The notes under the pieces: model-generated
Told to the model about the DNA's origin: nothing
What the model saw: only the letters and a program-made list of their open reading frames with translations
Databases searched by the model: none
In this document: piece by piece, positions 11,637 to 20,557 of the stretch
How the letters are laid out: each line of letters starts with the position of its first letter
How positions within the stretch are numbered: the stretch's first letter is position 1
NCBI GenBank assembly: GCA_019359745.1
Contig: JAHHGT010000006.1
Span: 153,371 to 217,370, forward strand
DNA: 64,000 nucleotides
Origin: Aphanothece saxicola GSE-SYN-MK-01-06B
GTDB taxonomy: Bacteria > Cyanobacteriota > Cyanobacteriia > PCC-6307 > Cyanobiaceae
Direction: 5' to 3'
Made by a program: the position numbers and the translations under genes

Positions 11637-12644
11637 TCAGCGGAACATCGAGCTGACCGAGCTCTCCTGGTGGATCCGCCAGATCGTTTCACCGAGCATG
11701 TTGGCGATCGAGAGCACCCGCAGCTGGGGGAAGTGCAGGTCGGGGGGCAGGGGGATGCTGTTGGTCACCACCACCTCCTCGAACAGGCCCGGGGTGGAAA
11801 GACGCTCGACGGCAGGCGGGGAAAAAACGGCGTGGGTGGCGCAGGCCAGCACCCGGGCCGCCCCCCGGGCGCGCAACAGCTGGGCCCCCTGGAAGATGGT
11901 GCCGCCGGTGTCGATCATGTCGTCGATCAGGATCGCCGTCTTGCCGACCACATCGCCGATCACGGTGAGGCTTTCGGCCACGTTGTGGCCGGAGCGGCGC
12001 TTGTCGATGATCGCCAGGGGCGCATCCTTCATCTGCTTGGCGAAGGCCCGGGCCCGGGCCACACCGCCCACGTCGGGGGAGACCACCACCACCTCACCCA
12101 GGTCCCGGGTGGAGAGGTAGTCGACCAGGACGGGGGATCCGTAGATGTGATCGCAGGGGATGTCGAAGTAGCCCTGAATCTGGGAGGAGTGCAGGTCCAT
12201 GGCCAGCACCCGCTCGACACCGGACTTGACCAGCAGGTTGGCCACCAGCTTGGCGGTGATCGATTCGCGTCCGGCCGTCTTGCGGTCGGCCCGGGCGTAG
12301 CCGTAATAGGGGATGACGGCCGTGATCTGGCGCGCCGAGGCCCGCCGGCAGGCATCCACCATGATCAGCAGCTCCATCAGGTGATCGTTCACCGGAGCAC
12401 AGGTGGGCTGGATCAGGAAGACATCGCAGCCGCGGATCGACTCCTGGATCTGGATGTAGAGCTCGCCATCGGCGAAGCGCTTGATCACCCTCGGGCCGTC
12501 GGGCACGCCGAGGTAGGCAGCGATCTCGTGCGCCAGGCCGGGGTTGGAATTGCCGCAGAACAACCGCAACCGGCGAGGGTCGTGGCTGGTGAGGGGCGGT
12601 TGCCCGCTCTGCTCCACCCGTTCAGCGGTCGAGAAAGTGGACAA
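11637..12644 (-). CDS. prs: Ribose-phosphate pyrophosphokinase
   Basis: RLRLFCGNSNPGLAHEIAAYLG, DGELYIQIQESIRGCDVFLIQP and the PRPP loop AILIDDMIDTGGTI. TTG at 12644 gives 335 aa with a typical N-terminus. ATG 12713 is an alternative but would overlap the divergent ORF. Confidence 0.9.
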   Translation of the reverse strand: MSTFSTAERVEQSGQPPLTSHDPRRLRLFCGNSNPGLAHEIAAYLGVPDGPRVIKRFADGELYIQIQESIRGCDVFLIQPTCAPVNDHLMELLIMVDACRRASARQITAVIPYYGYARADRKTAGRESITAKLVANLLVKSGVERVLAMDLHSSQIQGYFDIPCDHIYGSPVLVDYLSTRDLGEVVVVSPDVGGVARARAFAKQMKDAPLAIIDKRRSGHNVAESLTVIGDVVGKTAILIDDMIDTGGTIFQGAQLLRARGAARVLACATHAVFSPPAVERLSTPGLFEEVVVTNSIPLPPDLHFPQLRVLSIANMLGETIWRIHQESSVSSMFR

Positions 12645-12711
12645 GGGCGCAGGCGGCGTTGCTTCGCAGCACGATGGTAGAAGCGAGCCGGCCCGGACAG
12701 TGCAAACAACC

Positions 12712-13257
12712 ATGTCGGTTTCAGGGACCGAAACCCAGCCCGGCGGCGGCCTGCTGCTGCTGGGACTGGGGTTGCGACAGGAGCTGGAAGGTCTGGCGGC
12801 GGTGGCGGCGCGGCTGGCCGCCGCCGAAGGCGTGCCCCTCCGGCCGCTGGCGGGCGCTGATGATCCCGATGTCGGGCTGGCGGCCCTGACGGCAGTCCCG
12901 GGCCCGTGGCTGACCGCCCTGCCCCTCGATCCCGGCCTGCCGCTGGCGCGGGGCGGCAGCTGGGCCGAAGCGCTCGGGGCCTGGCGCCAGCCCTGCCTGC
13001 TGGTCCTGCGGAGCGAGCAAATGGCCACCGGGTTGCCGGCGGCCGGCACGGCCCTGCTGCAGCACTGGCGGGTGCCCCTGGCCGGTCTGGTGCAGGTGGG
13101 CGGCGACTGGCAGCCCGCGATGCGTCGCCGCGATGGCCTGCCCTGGCTGGGCTGGCTGCCGGACAGCGGCGAGGAGAGCGGCGAGGAGGCCGAGGCCGCC
13201 ATGGCGGCGCTGCAGCAGGTGCTGCGCGGCAGCTGGCGGGTGCTGCAGGCGGCCTAG
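12712..13257 (+). CDS. Conserved hypothetical protein (possible degenerate BioD/CobQ-type nucleotide-binding fold)
   Basis: 181 aa from ATG 12712, diverging from prs and ending in a CTAG stop overlap with the aroE-like gene. Composition is protein-like but Ala/Leu/Gly-rich, so a spurious ORF cannot be excluded. Confidence 0.4.
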   Translation: MSVSGTETQPGGGLLLLGLGLRQELEGLAAVAARLAAAEGVPLRPLAGADDPDVGLAALTAVPGPWLTALPLDPGLPLARGGSWAEALGAWRQPCLLVLRSEQMATGLPAAGTALLQHWRVPLAGLVQVGGDWQPAMRRRDGLPWLGWLPDSGEESGEEAEAAMAALQQVLRGSWRVLQAA

Positions 13258-14114
13258 GCCCCAGCTCCCTCCCCGAGGGCCTCGGCCACGGCGCGCTGGA
13301 ACACCACCTCCTCGGGGGTGACCCCGGTCCACTGCTCGAAGATCTGCATGGCCAGCTGCACCAGCATCTCGACCCCATCCACCACCGGACAGCCGTGGCT
13401 GCGGGCCGTGGCCAGGAACGGGGTGATGCGGGGGTTGGTGATCACATCCACCACCAGGCAGGCCGGATCCACCGTGTCCCAGCGGACGGGCACGGGCTCC
13501 AGCTCCGGCGCGCAGCCCAGGTGGGTGGCGTTCATCAGCAGGCTGGTGCCCGCCGGCACCACCACCTCCCCCTGCCAGGGCTGCCACAGCGCCGGCACGC
13601 CGGAGGCGCGTGTGACGGTGTCCGCCACTTCCTGGCCCTGCTCCTGCCGCCGGGTGATCAGGGTGAGGTGGGCCGCACCGGCCCAGGCCATCTCCACCGC
13701 CATCGCCCGGCCGGCACCGCCGGCCCCCAGCATCACCACCCGCTGCCCGGCCAGGGGCGCCAGCTTCTCGATCGCCTTCACCACCCCCTTGCCATCGTTG
13801 TTGTGGCCGATCAGGCAGCCCGCCTCGATCGTGAGGTAGTTGGCGGCGCCGATGGCCCGCACGTCGTCATCGACCGCATCGAGCAGGGGCAGCACCGCCA
13901 CCTTGTAGGGCACGGTGATCGCCATGCCGCGGTACCCCAGGGGCACCAGGGCCTTCACCGCCAGGGCCAGGTCCTGGGCGTTGGCGATGTCGTTCTTCCA
14001 GAACTGCCAGCACAGCCCGTAATGGGCGTACACGGCATCGAACATCCGATCGATCGGGTTCTCGGCCACCGGATGGCCGAGCATGCCGGTCATCTGCTTC
14101 TGGGGAGGGATCAC
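13254..14114 (-). CDS. Shikimate dehydrogenase family protein (divergent AroE-like)
   Basis: 286 aa with ITVPYK (catalytic Lys region), the Rossmann motif VMLGAGGAGRA and the C-terminal GVEMLVQLAMQIFEQWTG. The canonical HSxSP and NTD motifs are replaced (ENPID, NND). Confidence 0.8.
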   Translation of the reverse strand: MIPPQKQMTGMLGHPVAENPIDRMFDAVYAHYGLCWQFWKNDIANAQDLALAVKALVPLGYRGMAITVPYKVAVLPLLDAVDDDVRAIGAANYLTIEAGCLIGHNNDGKGVVKAIEKLAPLAGQRVVMLGAGGAGRAMAVEMAWAGAAHLTLITRRQEQGQEVADTVTRASGVPALWQPWQGEVVVPAGTSLLMNATHLGCAPELEPVPVRWDTVDPACLVVDVITNPRITPFLATARSHGCPVVDGVEMLVQLAMQIFEQWTGVTPEEVVFQRAVAEALGEGAGA

Positions 14115-14193
14115 GGCATGCCGGCGGCAACCCCCAGGCTGGCAAGGGTGGGCGAGCCGGACGGAACGCCGGGCGGAAGCGACACAACCGCCC

Positions 14194-14862
14194 TCAGATC
14201 TTCAGCGTCACCCGGCTGAGAATCGTGCTGGCACCGGTGGCGATGAACTGGACCCCGATCGCCAGGGTGAACAGGCCCATCACCTTGATCAGCACCGTCA
14301 TGCCCACATGGCCCAGGAGCCTGGTGAGGCGGGTGGCGAAGGTGAACATCAGGCCGATCAGGATCGCCATCGCCAGGATCGCTCCGAACAGTTCGATGCG
14401 GTGGTTGAGGGTGCGGGCCCCTTCGGCGTACACCGTGATCGTCGACATCGTTCCGGCGCCGGTGGTGAGGGGCAGGGAGATCGGCACGATCGCCGAGGAG
14501 GTCATCTGCCCCACATCCATGTGGGAGACATCGAAGTTCTTCTCATGCGAATCACCCGGATCGGTGGCATTGAGCATGCTCAGGCCGCTGAAGCCCAGCA
14601 GCAGGCCGCCGGCGATCTGGAAGGCACTCACACTGATGCCGAAGAACTGCAGCACCGCCGTGCCCAGGACGTAGGCGCCCAGCATGATCAGCAGGCTGGA
14701 GAAGGTGGTGATGCGGATCACGCGCCGCACCTGGCTGGCGGGCACCCCCTGGCTCAGGGTGAGGAAGGGCCCGATGGCGGGGAAGTTGTTGGCCACGGCG
14801 AACAACCCCAGCAGGTAGTGCTGGAAGGTGCTCGGCACTTGCAGCTCAGGTGGGATGGCCAT
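14194..14862 (-). CDS. MarC family (UPF0056/NAAT) integral membrane protein
   Basis: 222 aa, six predicted TM helices. The N-terminal LGLFAVANNFPAIGPFLTL matches the MarC signature (F...NP.G..P.F). Confidence 0.8.
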   Translation of the reverse strand: MAIPPELQVPSTFQHYLLGLFAVANNFPAIGPFLTLSQGVPASQVRRVIRITTFSSLLIMLGAYVLGTAVLQFFGISVSAFQIAGGLLLGFSGLSMLNATDPGDSHEKNFDVSHMDVGQMTSSAIVPISLPLTTGAGTMSTITVYAEGARTLNHRIELFGAILAMAILIGLMFTFATRLTRLLGHVGMTVLIKVMGLFTLAIGVQFIATGASTILSRVTLKI

Positions 14863-14898
14863 GGTGCCCCGTGCGGTGCCGCCATCATCCCGGATGTC

Positions 14899-15990
14899 TC
14901 ACGGCGCCACCGGCTCCTTCCACAGCGGCGGTGTCGCGCCGGGATCCAGCTGGCGCAGGCCCTTGTGCTTCTCTTCGGCGGGCTTCAGCGGCAGGCTGGC
15001 GAACTGCACCGGCTGACTGCCATCCAGTCCTGCCGCCAGCAGGCTGAGGGTCTCGCTCGGCGAGAGGTTGGTCTCCACCTTCGGCTGCAGCTGGCTCACC
15101 AGGAACGGCAGCTTGGCCAGCCGCTCCGGCTGCAGCATCCGCTCCCTGAGGCTGGTGGCCACCAACTGCTGGTTGCTGCGGCGGCCGGTGTCGCCGAGCC
15201 AGGGATCGCGGAAGCGCACCAGCTGCTCCACCTTGTTGCCCCCCAGCTGCTGCAGCCCGGCCTGCAGGTCGATGGTCAGCTTCTGGGTCTTGTCGGTGTA
15301 GCTCATTCGCCGCGGCGGGCTGAGTTCCAGGCCCCCCAGGCCGTTGACCAGATCCCGCAGCGCCCCCCGGGAGAGCACCAGGTAGCGGTCGGGGGCGGGG
15401 GGCTGCAGCCCCACAAGCTCCCGTACCGCATCGGCGGTGAGCGCCACGCCCCCGAGGCGGAACGCCTCACCCAGGCGCTTTGGCCCCTTCTGGCCCGGCA
15501 GGTTCACCGCCACTTCGGTGGGCAGGTTGAGCACCTGCAGGGGCCCCTCGGGGTTGATGCGCACCAGCAGCAGGGCATCGGCGTTGGCCGGGCCAACGGG
15601 CGCGGCCTTATTGATCGGCGCGCCGATCTTCTCGGCGTCGCTGCCGATCACCAGCAGGGTGATGGGTCGCGCCGGCGGGGCGGCCAGGCTGGCCGGGCCC
15701 ACGTCGGCCGTGGGGGCCAGGGCCCGGTCCGGCATCGGCCAGAGCAGCCCCAGGGTGGCCATGCCCACCACGGCGCCGGCGGTGGTGAGGCCAAGGCTCT
15801 TCAGCACCCGTCCGGTGACCAGTCGCCCCTTCGGGGCCGGTGCCGTCGGGGTCGCGGAGCCGGGGGGTTCGGCGGGGCGGCGGGGCTTCCGGCGGGCGGG
15901 CATCGGGGCCGAAACGGAGGGGTGCTTGGGGGCACTCTGACGCAGGCCGGGCCCTGCATCGGCCCGGACGTCATGGGCGGGCGGCGGCAT
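14899..15990 (-). CDS. LytR/CpsA/Psr (LCP) family cell-envelope protein
   Basis: LCP core ITLLVIGSDAEK...ADALLLVRINP...LNLPTEVAV follows one TM helix (GLTTAGAVVGMATLGLLW) and a Pro-rich basic N-terminus. The start could be 16068, 15990 or 15906. Confidence 0.75.
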   Translation of the reverse strand: MPPPAHDVRADAGPGLRQSAPKHPSVSAPMPARRKPRRPAEPPGSATPTAPAPKGRLVTGRVLKSLGLTTAGAVVGMATLGLLWPMPDRALAPTADVGPASLAAPPARPITLLVIGSDAEKIGAPINKAAPVGPANADALLLVRINPEGPLQVLNLPTEVAVNLPGQKGPKRLGEAFRLGGVALTADAVRELVGLQPPAPDRYLVLSRGALRDLVNGLGGLELSPPRRMSYTDKTQKLTIDLQAGLQQLGGNKVEQLVRFRDPWLGDTGRRSNQQLVATSLRERMLQPERLAKLPFLVSQLQPKVETNLSPSETLSLLAAGLDGSQPVQFASLPLKPAEEKHKGLRQLDPGATPPLWKEPVAP

Positions 15991-16043
15991 GGAAGCGCGA
16001 CGACGGATAGCTTGAGCGTCGAGCCAACGCGCCCCTCCACCGC

Positions 16044-17264
16044 TTGTCCACCGTTCCTTCACCGGCACCGGCCTCCGTGGCGCCGCACGATCGAGCCCGA
16101 CCTCTGGCCAAGGGCAGCCCCAAGCCGGCCAAGGATCTCTGCAGCGACTGCGGCCTCTGCGACAGCCGCTGGGTGGCCTACGTGCGCCGGGCCTGCGCCT
16201 TCCTGGAGCAGCGCTTCGAGGCGATGGAGGAGCAGGCCCATGGCCGCAGCCGCCGCCTCGACGACGAGGACGAGCTCTATTTCGGGGTGCACCAGCGCAT
16301 GGTCACCGCCCGGCTGCGCCAGCCGATCGCGGGGGCTCAGTGGACCGGCATCGTCAGCCGCATCGGCGTGCGGGCCCTGGAGACGGGCCTGGTGGATGCG
16401 GTGCTGTGCGTTCAGCAGAGCCCGGACGACCGCTTCACGCCGGTGCCGGTGCTGGCCCGCACCCCCCAGGAGGTGCTGGCGGCGCGGGTGAACAAGCCCA
16501 CCCTCTCCCCCAACCTGGAGGTGCTCGAGCAATTGCCGGGCAGCGGCATCGAACGGCTGCTGGCCATCGGGGTGGGCTGCCAGATCCAGGCCCTGCGGGC
16601 CGTGCAGGCCACCCTGCCGCTGCAGAAGCTCTACGTGCTCGGCCTGCCCTGCGTCGACAACGTCAGCCGGGATGGGCTGCAGACCTTCCTGGAGAGCTCC
16701 AGCCGCTCCCCCGACACGGTGGTGCACTACGAGTTCATGCAGGACTTCCGCATCCACTTCCGCCACAGCGACGGCCAGGAGGAAACGGTGCCCTTCTTCG
16801 GTCTCGACACCCCGGCCCTCAAGGACGTGTTCGCCCCCAGCTGCCTCAGCTGCTTCGACTACACCAACGCCGGCGCCGATCTGGTGGTGGGCTACATGGG
16901 CGCGACCTTCGGCCGCCAGTGGGTCACCGTGCGCAATGCCCTCGGCCAGGAGCTGCTGGATCTGGTGGAACCGGAGCTCGACCTGGCGCCGGTGACCAGC
17001 GCCGGCGACCGCCGCCAGGCGGTGCAGCAGGGCATCGACGCCTACGAGAAGGCCCTGAAGCTGCCGATGTGGCTCGCCGAACTGGTGGGGGTGTTCGTGC
17101 AGCGCTTCGGACCGAAGGGGCTCGAGTACGGCCGCTTCTCGATCGATTCCCACTTCACCCGCAACGCCCTCTGGTTGCAGCGCCACCACCCGGAGAAGGT
17201 GGAGGCCCACATCCCCGCCTTCGCCCGCAAGATCGTGGCCCGCTACCGCCTGCCCCAACCGTGA
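16044..17264 (+). CDS. Coenzyme F420 hydrogenase/dehydrogenase beta-subunit family protein (FrhB-like; HCAR-type)
   Basis: 406 aa with the CSDCGLCDS cysteine motif and FrhB N/C-domain layout. Cyanobacterial members are related to 7-hydroxymethyl chlorophyll a reductase. The start codon is non-ATG (TTG 16044 or GTG 16077). Confidence 0.8.
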   Translation: MSTVPSPAPASVAPHDRARPLAKGSPKPAKDLCSDCGLCDSRWVAYVRRACAFLEQRFEAMEEQAHGRSRRLDDEDELYFGVHQRMVTARLRQPIAGAQWTGIVSRIGVRALETGLVDAVLCVQQSPDDRFTPVPVLARTPQEVLAARVNKPTLSPNLEVLEQLPGSGIERLLAIGVGCQIQALRAVQATLPLQKLYVLGLPCVDNVSRDGLQTFLESSSRSPDTVVHYEFMQDFRIHFRHSDGQEETVPFFGLDTPALKDVFAPSCLSCFDYTNAGADLVVGYMGATFGRQWVTVRNALGQELLDLVEPELDLAPVTSAGDRRQAVQQGIDAYEKALKLPMWLAELVGVFVQRFGPKGLEYGRFSIDSHFTRNALWLQRHHPEKVEAHIPAFARKIVARYRLPQP

Positions 17265-18814
17265 GCGGCGATCCACGGGCCTGCGGGGTGCTGCTGCACC
17301 CCACCGCCCTGCCGGGCACACAGGCCTGCGGCAGTTTTGGCGCGGCCGCCCGCGACTGGATCGACCTGCTGGCCGCCGAGAGAGTGGGGGTGTGGCAGCT
17401 GCTGCCCCTGTCCCCCACCGATGGCACCGGCTCCCCCTACAGCTCCCCCAGCGGCTCAGCCCTCAACCCCTGGCTGATCGACGCCGATGATCTGGTGGCG
17501 GAGGGGCTGATCACCCCTGCCGACCGGGACGCCCTGCCCGCCGGGCCCAACGATCGCCTCGATCCGGCCGCCGCCGCCGAGCGGGCGGCGGCCATCGCCG
17601 TGGCCCTGGGGCGGCGCTGGGCCGACCAGCCCCAGCAGAGCCAGGACGCCTTCGATCGCTGGGAACAGCGCCAGCGCTACTGGCTGGTCGACCACTGCCG
17701 CTTCATGGTGATCCGCCGCCTGCAGGGGGGACGGCCCTGGTGGGAGTGGCCCGAATCCCTGGCCCGGCGCCAGCCTCCAGCCCTGCGATCCCTGGTCGAG
17801 GCCCAGAGCCGGTCCCTGCAGGAGGAGGCCCTGTTGCAGTGGCAGCTCCAGGTCCAGTGGACCCGCCTGCAGCAGCGCGCCCACGACCAGGGGGTGCGGC
17901 TGGTGGGGGATCTCCCCTTTTATGTGGCCCACGACAGCGCCGATGTCTGGAGCCACCGGCGCCTCTTCTCGCTGCGCTCCGACGGGGGGCTGGTGGAGCA
18001 GAGCGGCGTGCCGCCCGATTACTTCGCCGCCACCGGCCAGCTGTGGGGCACCCCCGTGTACCGCTGGTGGCGCCACCGTCTCAGTGGCTTCACCTGGTGG
18101 CTGCAACGGCTGCAGCGCCAGCTGGAGCTGATGGATCTGCTGCGCCTCGATCACTTCCGGGCCCTGGAGGCCTACTGGAGCGTGCCCGGGGCGGATGTCA
18201 CCGCCGAGCACGGCACCTGGCGTCCCTCCCCCGGCCGCGCCCTGCTGCACCGCCTGTGGTGGCGCTGCCGTCGCCAGGGCCGGCTGCTGGCCGGCGATCG
18301 TCTGCCGCTGATCGCCGAAGACCTGGGCGTGATCACCCCGGCGGTGGAGGCCCTGCGCGATCGCTTCGTCCTGCCGGGGATGAAGATCCTCCAGTTCGCC
18401 TTCGACGGCAACGAGGACAACGCCTACCTGCCGGCGAACTACAAGGGCAGCCGCTGGGTGGTGTACACGGGCACCCACGACAACGCCACCAGCCTCGGCT
18501 GGTGGCGGAACCTCGATGACGACGCCAGGGGACGGGTCGCGGCGCTGGTGGGGGGTGAGGTGCCGGCGCCGAGCTGGCAGCTGCTGGAGCTGGCCCTGGC
18601 CTCAACGGCCGAGCTGGCCGTGGTCCCCCTCCAGGACCTGTTGGAACTCGGCGACGAGGCCCGCTTCAACACCCCCGGCACGATCGAAGGCAACTGGAGC
18701 TGGCGGCTGTCCCAACCGGTGACCGCACTGACGGGACCCCTGCAGGGCTTCGGGGCCATGGCGGCCCGCTACGGACGGGGGCGGGACGCGGCGGCCGGGA
18801 CCGGGGGCGGGTAG
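17261..18814 (+). CDS. malQ: 4-alpha-glucanotransferase (GH77)
   Basis: GVLLHPTALPG N-terminus, LRLDHFRAL, YTGTHDN and GTIEGNWSWR motifs. GTG 17261 overlaps the upstream stop (GTGA). The longer ORF from 16340 is an out-of-context extension. Confidence 0.9.
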   Translation: MSGDPRACGVLLHPTALPGTQACGSFGAAARDWIDLLAAERVGVWQLLPLSPTDGTGSPYSSPSGSALNPWLIDADDLVAEGLITPADRDALPAGPNDRLDPAAAAERAAAIAVALGRRWADQPQQSQDAFDRWEQRQRYWLVDHCRFMVIRRLQGGRPWWEWPESLARRQPPALRSLVEAQSRSLQEEALLQWQLQVQWTRLQQRAHDQGVRLVGDLPFYVAHDSADVWSHRRLFSLRSDGGLVEQSGVPPDYFAATGQLWGTPVYRWWRHRLSGFTWWLQRLQRQLELMDLLRLDHFRALEAYWSVPGADVTAEHGTWRPSPGRALLHRLWWRCRRQGRLLAGDRLPLIAEDLGVITPAVEALRDRFVLPGMKILQFAFDGNEDNAYLPANYKGSRWVVYTGTHDNATSLGWWRNLDDDARGRVAALVGGEVPAPSWQLLELALASTAELAVVPLQDLLELGDEARFNTPGTIEGNWSWRLSQPVTALTGPLQGFGAMAARYGRGRDAAAGTGGG

Positions 18815-19776
18815 AGGAACTGCACCGGGCCCTGGCCGCCCGTCGGGTCGGGGGCTGGGCCGGCGGCGCTGGCGGCTGCCAGGGGCTGGCCGTTCCAGCG
18901 CACCGAACCGGCCGCCGGAGCCGGCTCCAGACGCAGGCTGAAGGGGGGGAGCACCGGCAGGCTGAGGCTGCCCTGCACCGCCGGCAGCTGGGTTTCCACG
19001 CCCCGGTCGCTGCGCAGCGACACCCGGGTGGGCTTGGCCAGTTCCAGGCGCAGCAGGCCGAGGGCCAGATCAGGACGGTTCTGGCTGGTTTCGCGGCGCA
19101 GCCGCTGCAGCCCCTGGCCGGCGGCGGCCTTGCCCAGGGGACGCAGGTCGGGGTAGGCGCCCAGGATCGCCCGGTCGGCATCCTCCAGGTTGGCCTGGTC
19201 GGTCTGGGCGGCACTCAGGGGCGGGATGGGCCGCAGGGCGTTCAGGCCCTGGGCGGCCAGCTGGCGCTGCTGCAGGTTGAGGCCATAGAGAAGCCCAGCA
19301 CACAGCACCGCATACAGCACCGTGCCCTGCCAGGTGGTGAAGACATCGATCGAGCCGGGGGTGAAGCGCAGCAGCACCGTGTCCCGCCGCCGTCCATGGC
19401 GCCGCTCCTGTTCCGGCGGCAGCACCCCATCGAGACAGCCCCCGGGCAGCTCCAGATGGTGCTCCAGCAGCGGCAGCATGGTGCGCAGGTAGGCCGCTTC
19501 CGGCAGCCGGTCCCGCCAGCCCCGCTCCAGGGCCTCCAGCACGGCGGTGCTGATGCGGGTGTCGAGGGCCAGCTGGCGCAGGCCGATGCCGCGGCTCTCC
19601 CGGGCCTCGCGCAGCTGCTGGCCGGCGAGCAGCAGGGGATCCTGGCGTCGCTCCTCCACCACCGTCCGCACGCTGCGGCGCTGCCCCGGCAGGCGCTCGC
19701 GCAGACGCTGAAACAGGGACGGGGCCGGCTTGGGCAAGGGTGGGGGGCTCAGGGAGCGACGGCCAGGGGGCCCCAT
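18769..19776 (-). CDS. RodZ-like helix-turn-helix membrane protein
   Basis: XRE-type HTH (LREARESRGIGLRQLALDTRISTAVLEALERG) is followed by one TM helix (VLYAVLCAGLLYGLNL) and an extracytoplasmic tail. The start overlaps the upstream gene by 28 nt and may be later. Confidence 0.6.
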   Translation of the reverse strand: MGPPGRRSLSPPPLPKPAPSLFQRLRERLPGQRRSVRTVVEERRQDPLLLAGQQLREARESRGIGLRQLALDTRISTAVLEALERGWRDRLPEAAYLRTMLPLLEHHLELPGGCLDGVLPPEQERRHGRRRDTVLLRFTPGSIDVFTTWQGTVLYAVLCAGLLYGLNLQQRQLAAQGLNALRPIPPLSAAQTDQANLEDADRAILGAYPDLRPLGKAAAGQGLQRLRRETSQNRPDLALGLLRLELAKPTRVSLRSDRGVETQLPAVQGSLSLPVLPPFSLRLEPAPAAGSVRWNGQPLAAASAAGPAPDPTGGQGPVQFLYPPPVPAAASRPRP

Positions 19777-20468
19777 TCTCCCGGTTCGACCTCACGCCAG
19801 GATCCTTCCGCCAGATCGCCCAGCTGCACCGGACCGACGGCGACCCGCTTCAGGTCCAGCACCGGGTGGCCAAGGATCTCCGCCGTGCGCCGGATCTGGC
19901 GGTTGCGGCCCTCCCGCAGCACCAGCTCCAGCAGGGTGGCGCCGCGGTGGTGGCGCAGCCGATGCAGCTCCACCGGTTGGCTGGGCAGGCCATCGAGCGG
20001 CACGCCGGCCCGCCAGCGCTCCAGGGTGGCCGGCGGCGGCCGTCCCTCGACCCACACCTGGTAGGTCTTGCGATGGCCGTAGCGGGGATGGGTGAGGCGC
20101 AGGGTGAGGTCACCGTCGTTGCTGAGCAGCAGGGCACCCCGGCTGTCGGCATCGAGCCGGCCCACCGGATGCAGGCCGCGGCGGCGCTCCGGTGGCAGCA
20201 GGTCGAGCACGGTGGGACGTCCGTGGGGGTCGTGGCAGGTGCTGAGCACCCCAGGCGGCTTGTTGAGCAGCAGCGTGAGGGTGGTGCGGGGCAGCACCAG
20301 GGGCTGACCGTCGACGCTGATGCGGTCGCAGCTGGGATCGGCACGGTCGCCCAGCTGGGCCAGGTGACCGTTGACCCGCACCCGGCCATCGCGCAGCCAT
20401 GTCTCCGCCTCCCGGCGGGAGCAGAGCCCTGCGGCAGCCACGAGTTTCTGCAGACGATCGGCAGCCAT
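19749..20468 (-). CDS. rRNA pseudouridine synthase (RsuA/RluB family)
   Basis: S4 domain (RLQKLVAAAGLCSRREAETWLRDGRVRVNG) plus the catalytic motif GRLDADSRGALLLSNDG. Confidence 0.85.
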   Translation of the reverse strand: MAADRLQKLVAAAGLCSRREAETWLRDGRVRVNGHLAQLGDRADPSCDRISVDGQPLVLPRTTLTLLLNKPPGVLSTCHDPHGRPTVLDLLPPERRRGLHPVGRLDADSRGALLLSNDGDLTLRLTHPRYGHRKTYQVWVEGRPPPATLERWRAGVPLDGLPSQPVELHRLRHHRGATLLELVLREGRNRQIRRTAEILGHPVLDLKRVAVGPVQLGDLAEGSWREVEPGEWGPLAVAP

Positions 20469-20524
20469 CTCCCCATTCTGCGCACCGCTCCAGGTCGGAG
20501 CGAGTCCGCAAAGTGATGGTAGAT

Positions 20525-20548
20525 TTACGAAACCAAATGGTTTCGTAA
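20525..20548. promoter_or_regulatory. 24-nt near-perfect palindrome 10 nt upstream of the sigma-factor start codon
   Basis: TTACGAAACCA-AA-TGGTTTCGTAA, with 11-bp arms and no mismatches. It is AT-rich relative to its surroundings and could be an operator or a 5-prime UTR hairpin. Confidence 0.4.
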
Positions 20549-20557
20549 CAAGGGACG

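Noticed and set aside
16340-17260. N-terminal 307-aa extension of the malQ ORF
   Set aside because: The extension overlaps the FrhB-like gene in another frame and is Arg/Pro/Gly noise. GH77 homology begins at the GTG at 17261.
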